Below are positions 37,600 to 51,242 of a DNA stretch of 64,000 nucleotides, in pieces. The DNA lies in the NCBI GenBank assembly GCA_028534125.1, contig CM052817.1:80850001-80914000 (forward strand). Reading direction: 5' to 3'. A program made the translations under genes and the position numbers. Within the stretch, counting starts at the first letter, position 1. Each line of letters opens with the position of its first letter. The notes below the pieces were generated by a model. It had not been told where the DNA came from. It did no database searches and saw nothing but the letters and a program-made list of their open reading frames with translations. The stretch is from Lama glama (Eukaryota).

Positions 37600-40010
37600 G
37601 TATATACATCCAAAAACAGCACAGAGAATATGGGGTGGTAAACTGAATGACACTGTTACAAGGTTTCTATATACTTTATATGAAGTAGTTCAATATTGAC
37701 TTTACATAGTTGTAATAACTTAAAGATAGATACTGTAATTCCTAGAGCAACCACTAAAAAATTGCAAGGAAATATACTGAAGAGCCAGGAAAGAAATAAA
37801 AATGGAATATTAAAACTGATTAACTCAAAAGAAGACAGGAAAGAAGAAATGGATAAGCAACAACAACAAAATCATATGAGAAAAGGCACAAAATGGCAGA
37901 CCTAAATCTAACCATATCAATAGTTGCATTAAAGGTAAATGGACTATGTTTTCCAATTAAAAGACAGTGTTGATTTGTATAAAGCAGCAAGATCCAACTA
38001 AATGCTGTCACTAAAAGATACATTTTAACTAAAAAAGCACAAAAAGCTTGAAAGTATAAAGGATGAAAAATTATGTATCATGCAAGTACTATTTAAAATA
38101 CAGCTGAATTGCTCTATGATAGTCACAAGGGTGAATACATCAGGAGGAATTAATTTCAATGTGTATATGCTTAAAAACTGAGTTTTGACAAAAATAAAGC
38201 AGTAACTGATAGATAAAAAGAGAGAGAGAGGCAAAAACCACAACTGCATTTGGAAAATGTAACACATCTGTCCCAGTAATTATAATAATTAAGCAAAAAT
38301 AATCACAGTTAAGAAAAGAGAAAATATAAATAATACTATTGAATTAGTCAGGGTTCTCCAGAAAAGCAGAACCAATAGGTTATTCATTACAGGAATTGGC
38401 TCATATCGTTACAGAGATCAGGAAGTCCCATGATCTGCTATCACAAGCCAGAGAACTAATAAAGCTGGTCATGTAATTTGCCCAAGTACAAAGGCCTGAG
38501 AATGGGTAAGAGGGAAGTTGGGGGTGATGGTGGCTGATGGTGTAAGTTCCTGCCTGAGACAGAAAGCCTGAAAACCAGGAGCCCAGATATTTGAGGGCAG
38601 GAGAGAAGGTTATCTCAGCTCAAACAGAGAGAACAAATTCACCTTTCCTCCACCTTTTTGTTCTATTCAGATTCCGAAAGGATTGGATGATGCCCATCTG
38701 TATTGGTGAGGATGATTTTCTTTACTCAGTCTGCTGATTCAGCGCTAACCTCTTCCTGAGACATCTTCACAGACACACCCAGAATTAATGTTTTACCAGG
38801 TACTTGGGCATTCCTTAGCCCAATCAAGTTAACATATAAAAGTAACCATGAATCATTTTACCTCATAGACATTTACAGAACATATAATACAAGTACAGAA
38901 TCCACATTCTTTAAAAGTGCACCTGAACTATGAACCAGCACAGATCACACTGGATAATAAAATAAGTCTCAATGAAGTTCAAAGGACTAGGCAGCACTGG
39001 TAATTAATTATATTCTGTGACTATATGGAATTAAATTGGAAATCAGTAAGATTTCTAGAAAAGTTCCAATATTTGAAAATTAATCAACTTCTGAATAACA
39101 CATAGATCATAGAAGAAATCATTAATTAGAAAATATTTTAAACCAAATGCTGATGAACATACAACTTATCAAAATTGGTGGCATGCAGCTAATACAGTAC
39201 TCAGAGGGAAATTTATACCTTTAAATGCTTATATTAGAAAGAAAGAGAGGCTTAATATTAATGACCTAATTTTCCACCTTAAGAAGCCATTGCGAATATC
39301 TTAATATTATCATAAGACTATTTTAAGAATTTAGAAAAAGGTAAAATTAAATTCATAGTTGGAAGAAATAATAAGCAGAAATCAAAGAAATAGAAAAGAG
39401 ACATAATCAAAAATTTTTGCAAAACTAGGAGTTGGGATTTTTTAAAAGATATAATAAACTCTAGCAACATTGATGAAGATAAAGGAGAGAGAAATCACAA
39501 ACTTCTGGTATTAGGATTGAAAAATAGAATATTACTCCAGATATTACAGAAACCAAAATGGTTTCAGACCTTATGAAAAACTTCATGTGAATGAATTTAG
39601 CATTATAGGTGAAATTGACAAAGTCCTTAAAAACAGACAACTGACTGACACACAAGACACAGATCTGATTCCAGGTGAGACAGGAAATACAAATGCCTTA
39701 CATTCATCAGAAAAATTGAATTATACATCAGAAACTCCCACATAAAGAAAATTTTAGGCCCAGATGGTTTTCATGGTGAGTTCTCTCAAATTTAAGGAAG
39801 ACATAATACCAATCTCACCTAATTTTTTCCCCAAAAATCGATAAAGCACACTTCCATATTTGTTTTATGAGGGCAGCATAACTGTGATATCTAACAAAGA
39901 CATTGCAGGGAAAGAAAATTGTAGACCAACCTCCTTCATAAAAATCCTTAACAAAATCATAATAAAAGCATAATACATAATGACCAATTAGTTGTTCATT
40001 CTAGACCATG
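37600..40010 (+). mobile_element. Old L1 ORF2 (endonuclease to RT-proximal region), fragmented and interrupted by an MLT2 LTR
   Basis: EN-region motifs ttaaaggtaaatggactatgttttccaattaaaagacag, atagacatttacagaaca and agggaaatttatacctttaaatgcttatattagaaa; ggcccagatggttttcatggtgagttct corresponds to GPDGF.GEF. Confidence 0.85.
38340..38850 (-). mobile_element. ERVL solo LTR, MLT2 family
   Basis: tgaattagtcagggttctccagaaaagcagaaccaatagg...ggaattggctca...cacagacacacccagaa...cttagcccaatcaagttaacatataaaagtaaccat. Confidence 0.9.
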
Positions 40011-41334
40011 TTACTTGATGGAATCCGATTAAATTATTGCTTAGTCTTTTACTGTTTCAAATTCCCCAGTATCTGGTGGGGCCTTGTGAAACTTTGTCTT
40101 GCCAGTAATTCACTGTGTTATTCTCAGAGAACATTATAAATTTGGTCCATGATGGAACATCTTCTTGTATGAGGTCAAACTCAAGGAAAATTAAAATGTT
40201 TACTAGCTTCATTTTTTTCTATTCAAAATGAATACACCTTTAAAAAAAATTCACTCCAAGAGAATGTCTAATCTTCCACCATGCAGACTGTCTACTTTAT
40301 TCAATAGAAAAATTCCAGTTAGAAAACTGGCGAGGCTTTCAAGCATTATAAAGTATTTTCAGCATTTTATTTGAGAATGAAAACGTGAACACAACTTCCT
40401 ACTATTCATCCCTCTTATTCCTAAAGTGCTGTTCAGATGATGAAACAAATTCTCCTATTTTCTCCTTGAAGCTTCGTCTTGAGGCAGGTCTTATTTTTGT
40501 CCACAGTGTATGGCTGAAGAAAGTGAAATTCAGACAGGGTAAAGGAGGTTCACAGAGAGTTACAAAGAAGGTAAATGACATATTTGCCAAAGACCTACTA
40601 TGTATTCAGAACTGCACTAGTCCCTGTAGAAGCAGGTATCAGTGAGAGGCCATGGAATCATGCTGTATTTCCTCTAAACCTTTGAAATTATTTTTCTAAA
40701 ACCTAGTGTCTGATTGAACCATCATTCCTTTTCTCGTTTATTGATTCTAAGATCACATGGATCCCCTCTCTGCCCAGGGGAGACTATTACTCTAATAGTA
40801 ATGACTGTTACTTTATTGAATCAGCCAGAACAGATCCAGATTTACAGTAACATGATTGTCAACAACAAAAGGAAAAACATGATTGTCAGATTCAAGGAGA
40901 AAATACAGTTAGTAAAAAATAAACGTGGAGCATTTAAAATCTTATAGCTCAAAGAAATCCAACTTCAATAATGCCAAGAACAATTTTTGAAACATAGCAG
41001 ATTGTCAATAAATATGATTAAATTAATGACTGAGAACAACACTGAGACAACTTTTTGCCTGTCCAATTATAGATAGATAATATAAAGATAGGTGATAAAG
41101 AAATACATGGATAGACAGGTAGAAATAAAGATAGACAGAAATAGGCAGTATGACCCAGTGCTCTTGAGGATATGTTGAAATTGGCATTCTTGTTTGCTGC
41201 CCTTGGCATTGTAAATTCAAATACTCTTTTTAGAATGAATAAAAAAAGTGATAATGATGCTTTATCATTTGTTTTAAACTAGTAAGTTTATTGCGGGCAA
41301 TATATCCAAAAGTAAGCATCCAAAATCAGGGGGA

Positions 41335-42125
41335 ATTATATCACCTCATACCTATCAGAATGGCTATCATCGAAAAGAACACAAATAACAAATGTTGGCA
41401 AGGATGTGGAAAAAAGGGAACCCTTGTACACTGATGGTAGGAATGTAAATTGGTGTAGCCACTATGGAAAACAGTATGGAGGTTTCTCAAAAACGAAAAA
41501 TAGAACTACCAAATGACCCAGCAATGCCACTCCTGAGTATACAAAGAAAACCAAAAGCACTGATACATGCATCCCAATGTTCCTAGCAGCATTATTTACA
41601 ACAGCTGAGATATGAAAGCAACCTAAGTGTCCATCAACAGATGAATGCAAAAAGATGTGGTGTACAGATACGATAGAATGCTTACCCAGCCATAAGAAAA
41701 AGAATGAAATTTTGCTATTTGCAACAACATGAATGGACTTGGAGGATATTATGCTAAGTAAAACAAATCAGACAGAGAAAGACAAATACTACATGATACC
41801 ACTTATATGCAGAATCTAAAAAATACAACAAGCTAGTGAATATAACCAAACAGAAACAGATTCATAGATACAGAAAACAAACTAGTAATTACCAGTGGGG
41901 TGAGGTTAGCGGGGAGGGGCAAGATAGCGATATGGGAGTAAGAGGTACAAACTATTATGTATAAAATAAATAAACTACAAGGATATATTGTACAGCCAAG
42001 CCCCCAAAATAGCCAATATTTTATAATAACTATAAATGGAGTATAACCTTTAAAAATTGTTAATCACTATGTTGTACACCTGAAACTTATAAAATATTGT
42101 ACATTAACTATACCTCAATAAAAAG
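41335..42125 (+). mobile_element. L1 3' end (ORF2 C-terminus plus 3' UTR), laurasiatherian/artiodactyl-type
   Basis: cacctcatacctatcagaatggctatcat...tgttggcaaggatgtgga...atagaactaccaaatgacccagcaat...tacctcaataaaaa followed by an A-rich tail. Confidence 0.93.
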
Positions 42126-43264
42126 TCAAACAAATAAACAGACAGAAAAACATACACAAGCTTGCTTGAGGAGTATTTATATAGAACACAAATATATTAG
42201 GCTTATTCTCAATTATTTCTGTCACCAATTGTTCAGTATCCCTCTCTCCAATTTCCTAATTGTTTACCAAACTACTAGCCAATGACTTATGACTTAGTTT
42301 GGAACTGCGCCTTAGGCCATTTCTCTTCTTCTAGGGAAAAAGGACAGTGAAATGTAGTGTTTCTTTTGGGGGAGATTTCTCCCCTCCACTGTTTTTCAGG
42401 GCCGCACTGAGTAGACACTACAACACAGTAACAGTTCACTTATTGTTGGTATGAACAATCTGTAAAGCAGACTTGTATTCTTCCCTTCTCAGTCAACTTG
42501 TCTTAGGGAGTTTTCTGTGAGAACGTAGATATGGATTGATGGGGAGTATAGTGTGTGTCGGGGGGTGGCTAGTAGTACAGCAAGAATCTGCCTGCTGGTA
42601 GCATGAGCCACTTGTTATGCAATTTACAGTTGATTTCAGAAAAAAAGACAATGAAATGCAGCGTTTCCTTTGGGGGAGATTTCTCCCCTCCACTGTCCTT
42701 TAGGGCCACCCTGAGCAGACAGCATATATTTCTACTTTCACTTTTTAAGGAAATACTTCTATGTTTGTCTTAGTTTTCAGCTGAACAGATCAGTTATCAC
42801 TCACTTCTAGATGTATGGCTCAGATTACACAATCCCTGGTATTACATTTTATGCTTCTTGTCTATACTAGGGCTGAACATCAGGCCAAATGATTTTTGCC
42901 AAGGGAGAATACTTATTAGTTGATGGATTGTATTTGACTGAATATCCTGGGCCTCCATGGTGATTATCTGACCCGGATTTGCTACAGAATACATAAGACA
43001 TGTGGTCTACTGCAGATAATTCAAATTTTGTTGTGTCAGATGTATTATAAAGGCCAAGTGTGTGGACCCCTTGTACTCAAGCCTAGAGCCAGTAGCAAGT
43101 TTTTTCCTTTTCTGAGTCCACTCATATCAGTAAATCAGTAAACACAGTAAATGCAGATGTGATACATGTTACCTCCAAAATTCAAAGATGGAACCAGTTT
43201 TTACACCTCTTTATTAGTGGTGGCAAGCAAAAGAGAAGGCAATTTGTCCTTCATTTCTTTGTTT

Positions 43265-43560
43265 TTTTAAATTCAATTTTTTTTAAATTGAGATATAACT
43301 GACACACAACATATAACATTGCATTCGTTTAAAGTGCACATCATAATGACCTGATACATGTATAGACTGCAATATGATTACCACATCTATCACCACTCAT
43401 AGTTATAATTTTCTCCTTGTGATGAGAACTTTTAAGACATACTCTTTTAGCAACTTGTACATATATAATACAGTGTTGTTAATTATAATCAATGCTGCAC
43501 ATTACATTCCCAGGACTTATTTATCTTATAACTAGAAGTTTGTACCTTTTGACCATTTTC
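43265..43560 (-). mobile_element. Short L1 3' UTR fragment
   Basis: polyT then aattgagatataactgaca...gtgatgagaacttttaaga...gacttatttatcttataactagaagtttgtaccttttgacc. Confidence 0.88.
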
Positions 43561-46500
43561 ATTTTGAAGTTGAAATCTTGACATTTCCCCCCAAACTTCA
43601 CCGAGGTTTCTATATTTTCAAGTGTGTTATATGTTATCAAGCCCACATCTGCCTTACTAGTCTGGAAGGAAATCTGTTGCTTTTATTTTTAGTAAAATCT
43701 GAGATGTCATCAGTGTAATAGAGCCATCCTGTAGGATGCTGAGATGGTAAGGTCATGGCTTTTAACTGTTTTGATAATCTTCCTGTGTGCCCTGGCTGGC
43801 TGGGACTGGAGCCAACTTCTCGAATTTTCCCAGATTCTGTTCCCTCCCTCCGCTTCTTCTTCCTCCCTCTCTTCCTCCATCCCAATTTATTATCAACTTT
43901 TGTTGTCAACAGATGGGGTTTATGACAAATTATGTTGAATTTGGAAGAAGGTGCTTAACTCAAAATGCCTCTTTATACTTTTATTCTAAATAGGTCCGAT
44001 TCACATTACTTGGAGAAAGGACTGCCTCAGCTAGAGACTTTGAGGCTGCTGGCTCCACCTCCCCAGTTTCCATATGGTCAAAACTGGTTCTGAAGTATGG
44101 ATATTGTGCTTCAGTCACTCAACAGTCATTTTCTTAGGGAGTTCAGAGAGTGTCAATGTCTGAGTCTTTAAAGATAATACATCAGTCACCACAAATTTTG
44201 GGCTTCAGGTAAATATTAGAGCACGCGGGAATTTCTGGAATCTCGAGTTCAAGCACAGATTTAGTTACACCTACTGGCATTCTTAGTGTGCTTTTGACTA
44301 AAGGGAATCCTCTTGAGTGGAGGGTAGGCTGGCCTAACACCAGACTCAAAGGCTTCAGAGTGGTAAGACTACAGGACTCTAATCAAGCAGGTTACCCACA
44401 GGACTATCCACTATCCACACGGCCAGACAGAACTAGATGCTCACCAGTGACACTGATCTATGGACCGGATTAGTCGAGCTATCACTCCACAGACAGAAGA
44501 AGACACACGAAAACAGAAGACCTTCTGTTCCCTGTTTTTATCAGATCCCTTAGGAACCCTTCCCTTTTTCGACCCCACACTAGAGACTGGAGTACACAAA
44601 ACTGTTTTTAAAAGTGAGGTACTATTTTGAGATACCACTCATTTGTGAACAGAAGCTTCTCCCATCCTTCCCATCTCCTACAAGTGAGTCAATGAGGCTG
44701 CATGGGAGTGCAAGATGCAGATTAGATTACTTAAAGAGAAACAAGCTACATTTCCTTTGCAAATAAGAGCAATTATGTATTACATTTGTGAACCTAATAT
44801 ACAACTGTCTCTTCTAGGTTAATGATATGCTGCATTCCTTTAATTCAATAAGTTAAATTTAGTCTTCTCTGAGTCCCTCCCCCACATTCCTAATTCAAAA
44901 CTCAATTTCCATAATTAAACGAGAATTTTGAACTGAAACTATTAAAGGCCCAGGAATAGGTGTGAGTCTGTAAAACCTGGACCCTCCCACCTTTTCCCTG
45001 ATTCCTTATGCTACTGAGTGTGCTTTCTTTATTGCTTTTCGGTCATTCGTCACGCAGCCTGCTCTACTCAGACTCCTGTCTGCTCATTCATTCCCTTGCC
45101 TACAGGTGTGCTCACAGCTGCTTTCACTGCTTCTCTATAAGCCACAGTTCCTAATGTCCAATCTCTGCAGACACAGCTGCAAGCTCTTATTGCAGGAGCT
45201 TACACACAATCTTGTCTTTGGTCTCTGCCCCTGCCTTCCCCCACAGTCTACTCCTATGCCCTTCGGTTTTTGAATCTCTGCCTCATTCAGCTTTGACTTC
45301 CTTTCACGTAAGGCTGAGTGTGGTCATCTTCTAGTTACCAGCTTTGGTTTCTGTAACTCAGAAGTTGTTAACCATTGGCTTCAACAGTGCTATCCCAGTG
45401 TACTACCAGTTTTAGGGGATAGAGGAGGTTGAAAGAAAAGCTTGACTTCTCTATCAGTTAGGAATTAAGTTTGGCCTAAACAATTAGGGTTTATTGTTCT
45501 CAGCTAGAACAAGACTAGTATGGTAGCTACCTAATGCTTTTTGGGATCCAGGCTCTTTTTATTTCTCTGTCATCCAGGGGTTATGAATCTTGTTCCTGTG
45601 GTTGCAAGATGGCTGATGTGCCTCTAGCATCATGCCCACATGCCATGCAGAGATAGGTAAGAAGGTGTAGCTGCTTCAGTCACAGCAGTTGCACTGTGTG
45701 AGCATTTCTGTCAGGGCACTTTGAACAACGGTTGTTATGGCTAAAAGAATAGAAAAACCACCAATTCAAGTCTAACTTTAATTTTACAGAAAAAGAAACA
45801 AAGAGACCAAGTGTAAATTATGAAAATTGGCCAAAGGCCCAAACGATCATTGGAAGTGAAGCCTTGCTTTTATGTATTTTTCTTAGTATTTCTACCAGTC
45901 ATCTTCTAACTCATCCTCAACAGATTGTTAAAACGTTATCACTATGACTGCTGTTTAAAGAAATGGGCCTATTAAGGGGCTGGAAATAAAAATTCACTCC
46001 CCGAATTTTAGTCCAATTAATTGCCACCTAGAAAGTGTTTAGTTAAAAAAAAAAACTTTTCACAACAGGCTCATTTTTGCAGATTGAGGTTTTTGTTTAT
46101 GCAAAAAGATTACTATGAAATAATATGTATCTACATTTTATCTATTTCTCCAAGAACCCTTGCACATTCAGATTAGGGTATGTGATTTACCTATATAACA
46201 ATGCAAAATTAAATGACCAGACACTGTGGTAAGCACCTGTGCTTTCTGCTCGTGAGAAACTTCTTTTGTTCCTGAGAGGGTACAGCACCAAATACCTGAT
46301 TATATAATCAGAAAACATTTTTCTGAATTTTCACTAATTTTCTTCAGGATTTTGGGCTAAAGTGGTGAAGATTTTGTTATGAGGCACTTATAATAATGAT
46401 GGCACTGGTAGGGGTATTTTCCTCCAAGAATAAAATAATTGCATTCACTATTTTAAAACCTGCATTGGCCAAAATCATTTCTGCTTAAAACCACAAAGAT

Positions 46501-47779
46501 AAAGCTAGGAAGTGTGACATTTTCAATGCCCCACCAAAATCAGCTATAAAATCTTGTTTTGAATTTGATATATCTTATTATGATGAAATTCTTAATGGTT
46601 TTAATTTAGTTGGCTTATGATTTTAATTATATATTCATTTTTATAACAGCTTGAAACTGTTTAGAATTTTGTCAGGATGGCAAACAAGAATATGTGTATC
46701 CTTTAATAACATTTGCTCTGGATTCTTTGTTTATTATTTTTAATAACTTCTTGAAAATCTTAATCAGAAAGGAGTTATAGAACAAAGAACTCCAGCCTTG
46801 ACCATAACATGAGGAACCGATTTTAGCACTCTGCAAATATGCTGAAGGATGAGACCAGCAAAAACAGGGTGGTGCTTCAACAGACTCCCTTCTCTAAAAA
46901 CAACAGCTGGATGTGCCTGTTGCCATTGGTGGGGGAGGTTAAGGACAGAAGAAACATTTTTTTTTTCAGTGTTGGAAAGTGTTCAGTGAAATCATGATGT
47001 CACCAGGATATGTTTTGTCTGTGAGTATGATTTGCATAAATTCCTTCCCATGGAACTATGTAAAATGCAAAGGAATGTTTTATGGTACATTTTTGTGTCT
47101 ATGGTGCCAATACTTTTAACAGTCGATGAAGGAGATGTTATGTACGAAGAATTTCTTTCTTCTCATTAAAATTCTCTCAAAGTAAGAAGTAACAAGAAAG
47201 AAAAGAAATAGGGCTTGCAAATACTACAACTTCACATTGTACTCATAGAAACACTGGGATTCTTTTGCATTCCTGATCATTGACTAATATTTTAACTTTG
47301 TTCTACATACTTTTGGGAAGAGGATTCTCATTTTCTTTCATGTTTAAGGCTCGAGATATCTACTCATTTTATTATTCTTCCTGTTATAATTACCTCAGGC
47401 ATATCGTCAAGTTCTTGTCTTTGAAAGATTTTAATCATCAAGCAAAATGTATTTGGGACACATATTTAGAGATTTGATATCAAGTAAAGAAATGTCTTGC
47501 TATAGAGCAGAGATATTCAAGTATCAAATGAAATGTCTGGTCACCAACAGCCGTTGAGTTTTTAGCATTCCACACAAGAATTTTAATTGCAAAAACACCA
47601 TTTGAAGGTTGTGTACATGCTTCAAGTTGGCTCTTCGAGCCCCATGTAAATCAGAGGATATAAATAAAATGATGGGGAGAGGGGAGGAGGTAGGCGAAAT
47701 GGGGAAGTATTGATGTGCCTGATATATACATCTCTGACCCCCTCAATACTTTAACAAACTTAATATTGAAAAATTTTTT

Positions 47780-48345
47780 ATATTTATTGATGACCTTAAT
47801 TTCTGATAATATGACTATGAACCAATACTCCACTGAAAACAAAAAAATGCTGGGTGAAATATTTTTTTAAAAAATTCTTAAAAGAATCAAATAACCAAAA
47901 AACATAAGAGTTCTCAGGACAACTTCTAACCAAAAGCAGGAACCTAGAGCAGTAAGACAGTGACTGAAGCTACTTTTATGCTGAAAGTCTTCGCTGAATG
48001 AGGTGAACTTGACCTTCCAGAACGTGGTCTGCACTGAGACATAACAGGCTGAATTCAAGGCTCAGGTTCCACCTAGAATGGGGAGTCAGAAACAGCCCTG
48101 CCTGGAAGTGGAAGCAGCCTAAAGCTGTATCTTCAGGATGAGTTAAGAGGAATTAAACTACCCCCTTTCCTCTTTACTCCCAGAAGAATGCAAAGAAATG
48201 TACCTCAACCCTGAGCCAAGCTAGAGGGAAAAACAACTTCCTGAGACATTGTAACTATATGTCAACTCTCTTGTGGATCTGTGGCATCAACTAATACTAG
48301 CTGTGTTATTATACACAGCTTAAACTGTGAATTTAATTTTAAATG
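47780..48345 (+). mobile_element. Old L1 5'-region fragment
   Basis: cactgaaaacaaaaaaatgctggg...gggaacctagag...ctgtgaatttaattttaaatg resembles ancient L1M 5' sequence. Confidence 0.5.
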
Positions 48346-48640
48346 ATTTTAATCATTAAAATTTAAATGATTTTTAATCATAAAAATCATTAAAATGGTA
48401 GAATCCTTTGAGCCTTACTCTGCTTATATCTTCTGTCAGAATACAATCATAGTATTTCTCCTTTCCTTCACTATGCTTACTCATTTTTTGGTTTACAAAG
48501 AACCACTAGTCCTAAAAGAATAAGACTGACTAAGGGTCTCATTATTTTCTCCTTAAGGAAAATAGAGGGACAAGAACAGATATCGGGAGGCCTTGGAATT
48601 TATAATACAGAAATTCAACTGATCTATGAAATAGGAGCTG

Positions 48641-48725
48641 TTAGATTGAACCATATAAAATTGCCATTTTTCCAAGGTCAACAACTATTCAGTGAACATC
48701 AGCAATTTCATATGGTTAAGCCTAA
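48641..48725. mobile_element. MADE2 mariner-derived MITE
   Basis: ~85 bp with long terminal inverted repeats ttagattgaaccatataaaattgc / gcaatttcatatggttaagcctaa. Confidence 0.88.
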
Positions 48726-50919
48726 TGTATTAGTTGAGTAAGCTGCTGTGTCAAAGGGACTTTAAATACAGGGGACCAAACACTATCATTTAATTCTCTC
48801 ACAAGTAAGTCCAGATGTGATCAGCCTGTGATTGGTGGACTCTCTCATTCCCAACATGTCTTTCAATTTTGCTCTGATTTTCCCCATTTCCTAGCCATCA
48901 AGCAGAGAGAAAGATGAGGCCCAGGGCAAGCACCTTTTTCCAAAGAGAGAAAACACAGAAGTCAAGCACATGTCATTTGCTTATATCTCAATGGCCTGAA
49001 ATTAGGCAAATATGGCCACCCTTAATTTCAAAGTTCATGTTCTCAGTAATTCTCTCATCTTGCATTCTCCCTTCTCAAGGTTTCTGTTCTTATTAATTTT
49101 TTGTTTGGTTAGAATCCTTTGTTTAGTAATTGCCTCCAATAAAGCACATCTCTTTTATATTTTTGATCTCTGCATATCCCCACGTATCTTTTTTTTGACA
49201 CTGATAAATGATCAATTCTCTTCTTAATTCCTCTGTAGCAGATAAGGAGTTCAATGTTAAATGTATTTGTTTTTCCTCGCAAATAACCACTTCTGTTTGG
49301 AAGCTTATTAAGATGTCTACTTGGAATTCAGGAATTTTATCAGGATATATGTAGTATTAGTGTGTGCCTTACCTAACGAGCCCTTCCTGGAACTCAGTGA
49401 GTTCTTCTGGTCTGAAAATTCAAGTCTTTTCTCTGCTTAGAAAAATTTTTAATGTTACTGGTTTAATGATATCCTTTCTGGCATCTGTTGCTTTTCCTCT
49501 CACCGGGACTCCTACTTTCCCATTTTCAGTTTCCTTGCAGGATGATGGGTCCTATAGCTGGGATCTCCTAGAAACCCCTGGGAAACTGCACAGCATTCAA
49601 GATGGTAATTAGATCAAGCTGTGTTAGACTGTGCAGGCTGTGCACATGCTTGACAAGCTGTTTCAAGCCAGAGTACCGAGTACTGTCCTGTAGCAATCAT
49701 ATCAAGCACTGTGTACCTCAAGATTAATGAGGTGCACTAGACTCAGGTGAAGAGGTCTCCAGCAGGTTTCCAGACAAGGCTCCATCCTGGAGCACTCTCG
49801 GCTTTTGTGTATCAGGCCAAACTTAGAAGAGGACAGGTATGCTCTCAAACTTGATTGACTTGGATACTATTCATTGCAAATGTGTAGGTTTTACTAAGCC
49901 TTTGGGGGCCAGGAGATTTGCATCTTTCTCAGAGAACATGCTGTGTACTCTGACTCTTCTGATGTTCTTCTGAATCCCCAGATGGACACAACTTGTTTGA
50001 TTTACCCAAGAGGTTTTGACTCTGTGCCTATCTTTCCGTCAATTATACCACTTGCAGATGTTTATCAATAGAGTAGTTATGCCTTCCTGAATCTGTCATC
50101 CTATTCTTACGTATCTTTTTATAATTTTGTCACATATGCCTATTTCTTCTTCCATATTATTAGATCTCTCACCCACATGGTCATTCAATTTTATTGTAAT
50201 TGTTCCCTCTTTAATTCATCACCAATTTTCTTTAAATTTCAAAATCACGTTGTTTTCTAAGTGCCAGAAAAGTTGTAATGTGCATGTGTGCATCTGTGTG
50301 TGTATTCACGTGTCGTCATTAACTTTTCTTAAGTGTTTTGTGTTTTTGTTATTATTTTATGGGCCAATTGTCTTCTCCTTCCTCCAACAGTTCAACTGTT
50401 CCTCCAACAGTGTGAGCCACCTATGCTGAGCCTTGTGCTTGTTCTCCCTCTAGCTGGCTCCTGTGCCGTCCCCTTAGTTGCACCACAATTGTTCTTCACC
50501 TGCTCAGCAGGCACAGTGCTGGAACCATAAGTGGCAGCCATCTTGTGGATGGTGGTACATGTGGCCACCTCTTGCATTGGGAGCAGGTGATGCATTGGTC
50601 AGGAATCAATTAGTATCCCATTGATATCCCATCAATTAGACATCCCTTGAGGATGTCTCTATGTTTCTTGCTAATCACAGGTGCAAGTGCTAGCATTCTC
50701 CTTGTCTCAACCAACCTGCCCAGACTCCAAACGAAAGCGTATGCAGAGGCACATATAGTAAAACTCTCCTGTGGGAGAATACTATGGCCCCTCTCATGGG
50801 GCACAGATCTCCTCAGAACACTCTTTCTGGGATTCACTCTGTTCTCATGCTCACCCCAGGCCCTCTCTGACTGGTACAAGGTGGAGGAAGTAGTGAGTTT
50901 GAATCCTTTATTAAGATAC

Positions 50920-51204
50920 ACAGACATAGAGAACAAAATTTTGGTTACCAAGGGAGAATTGGGGTGGGAAGGGATAAATTGGGAGTTCAAGATTTGCAGA
51001 TACTAACTACTATATATATAAAATAGATAAATAAGAAGTTTATACTGTATAGCACAGGGAACTATATTCAATGTCTTATAGTAATCTATAATGAAAAAGA
51101 ATATGAAAAAGAATATATGTATGTATATGTATCACTGAAACATTATGCTGTACACCAGAAATTGACACAACATTATAAAGTGACTATACTTCAATTGAAA
51201 AAAA
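50920..51204 (+). mobile_element. Young L1 3' UTR insertion (camelid/artiodactyl-type), heavily 5'-truncated
   Basis: cagacatagagaacaaa...gggataaattgggagttcaagatttgcagatac...tgacacaacattataaagtgactatacttcaatt plus A tail. TSD aagatac(c)acaga at 50913-50924 and 51203-51215. Confidence 0.92.
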
Positions 51205-51242
51205 GATACCACAGATTCTAAGATTTGTTCATGCTCACCAGC

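Noticed and set aside
42336..42721. CRISPR-like repeat-spacer interpretation of the direct repeats
   Set aside because: Only two units, ~80 bp long with a ~220-bp spacer, in mammalian DNA with no cas genes.
50610..51006. Overlapping 126-aa and 119-aa ORFs
   Set aside because: Both run into the L1 3' UTR stub and show no domain similarity that I recognise.
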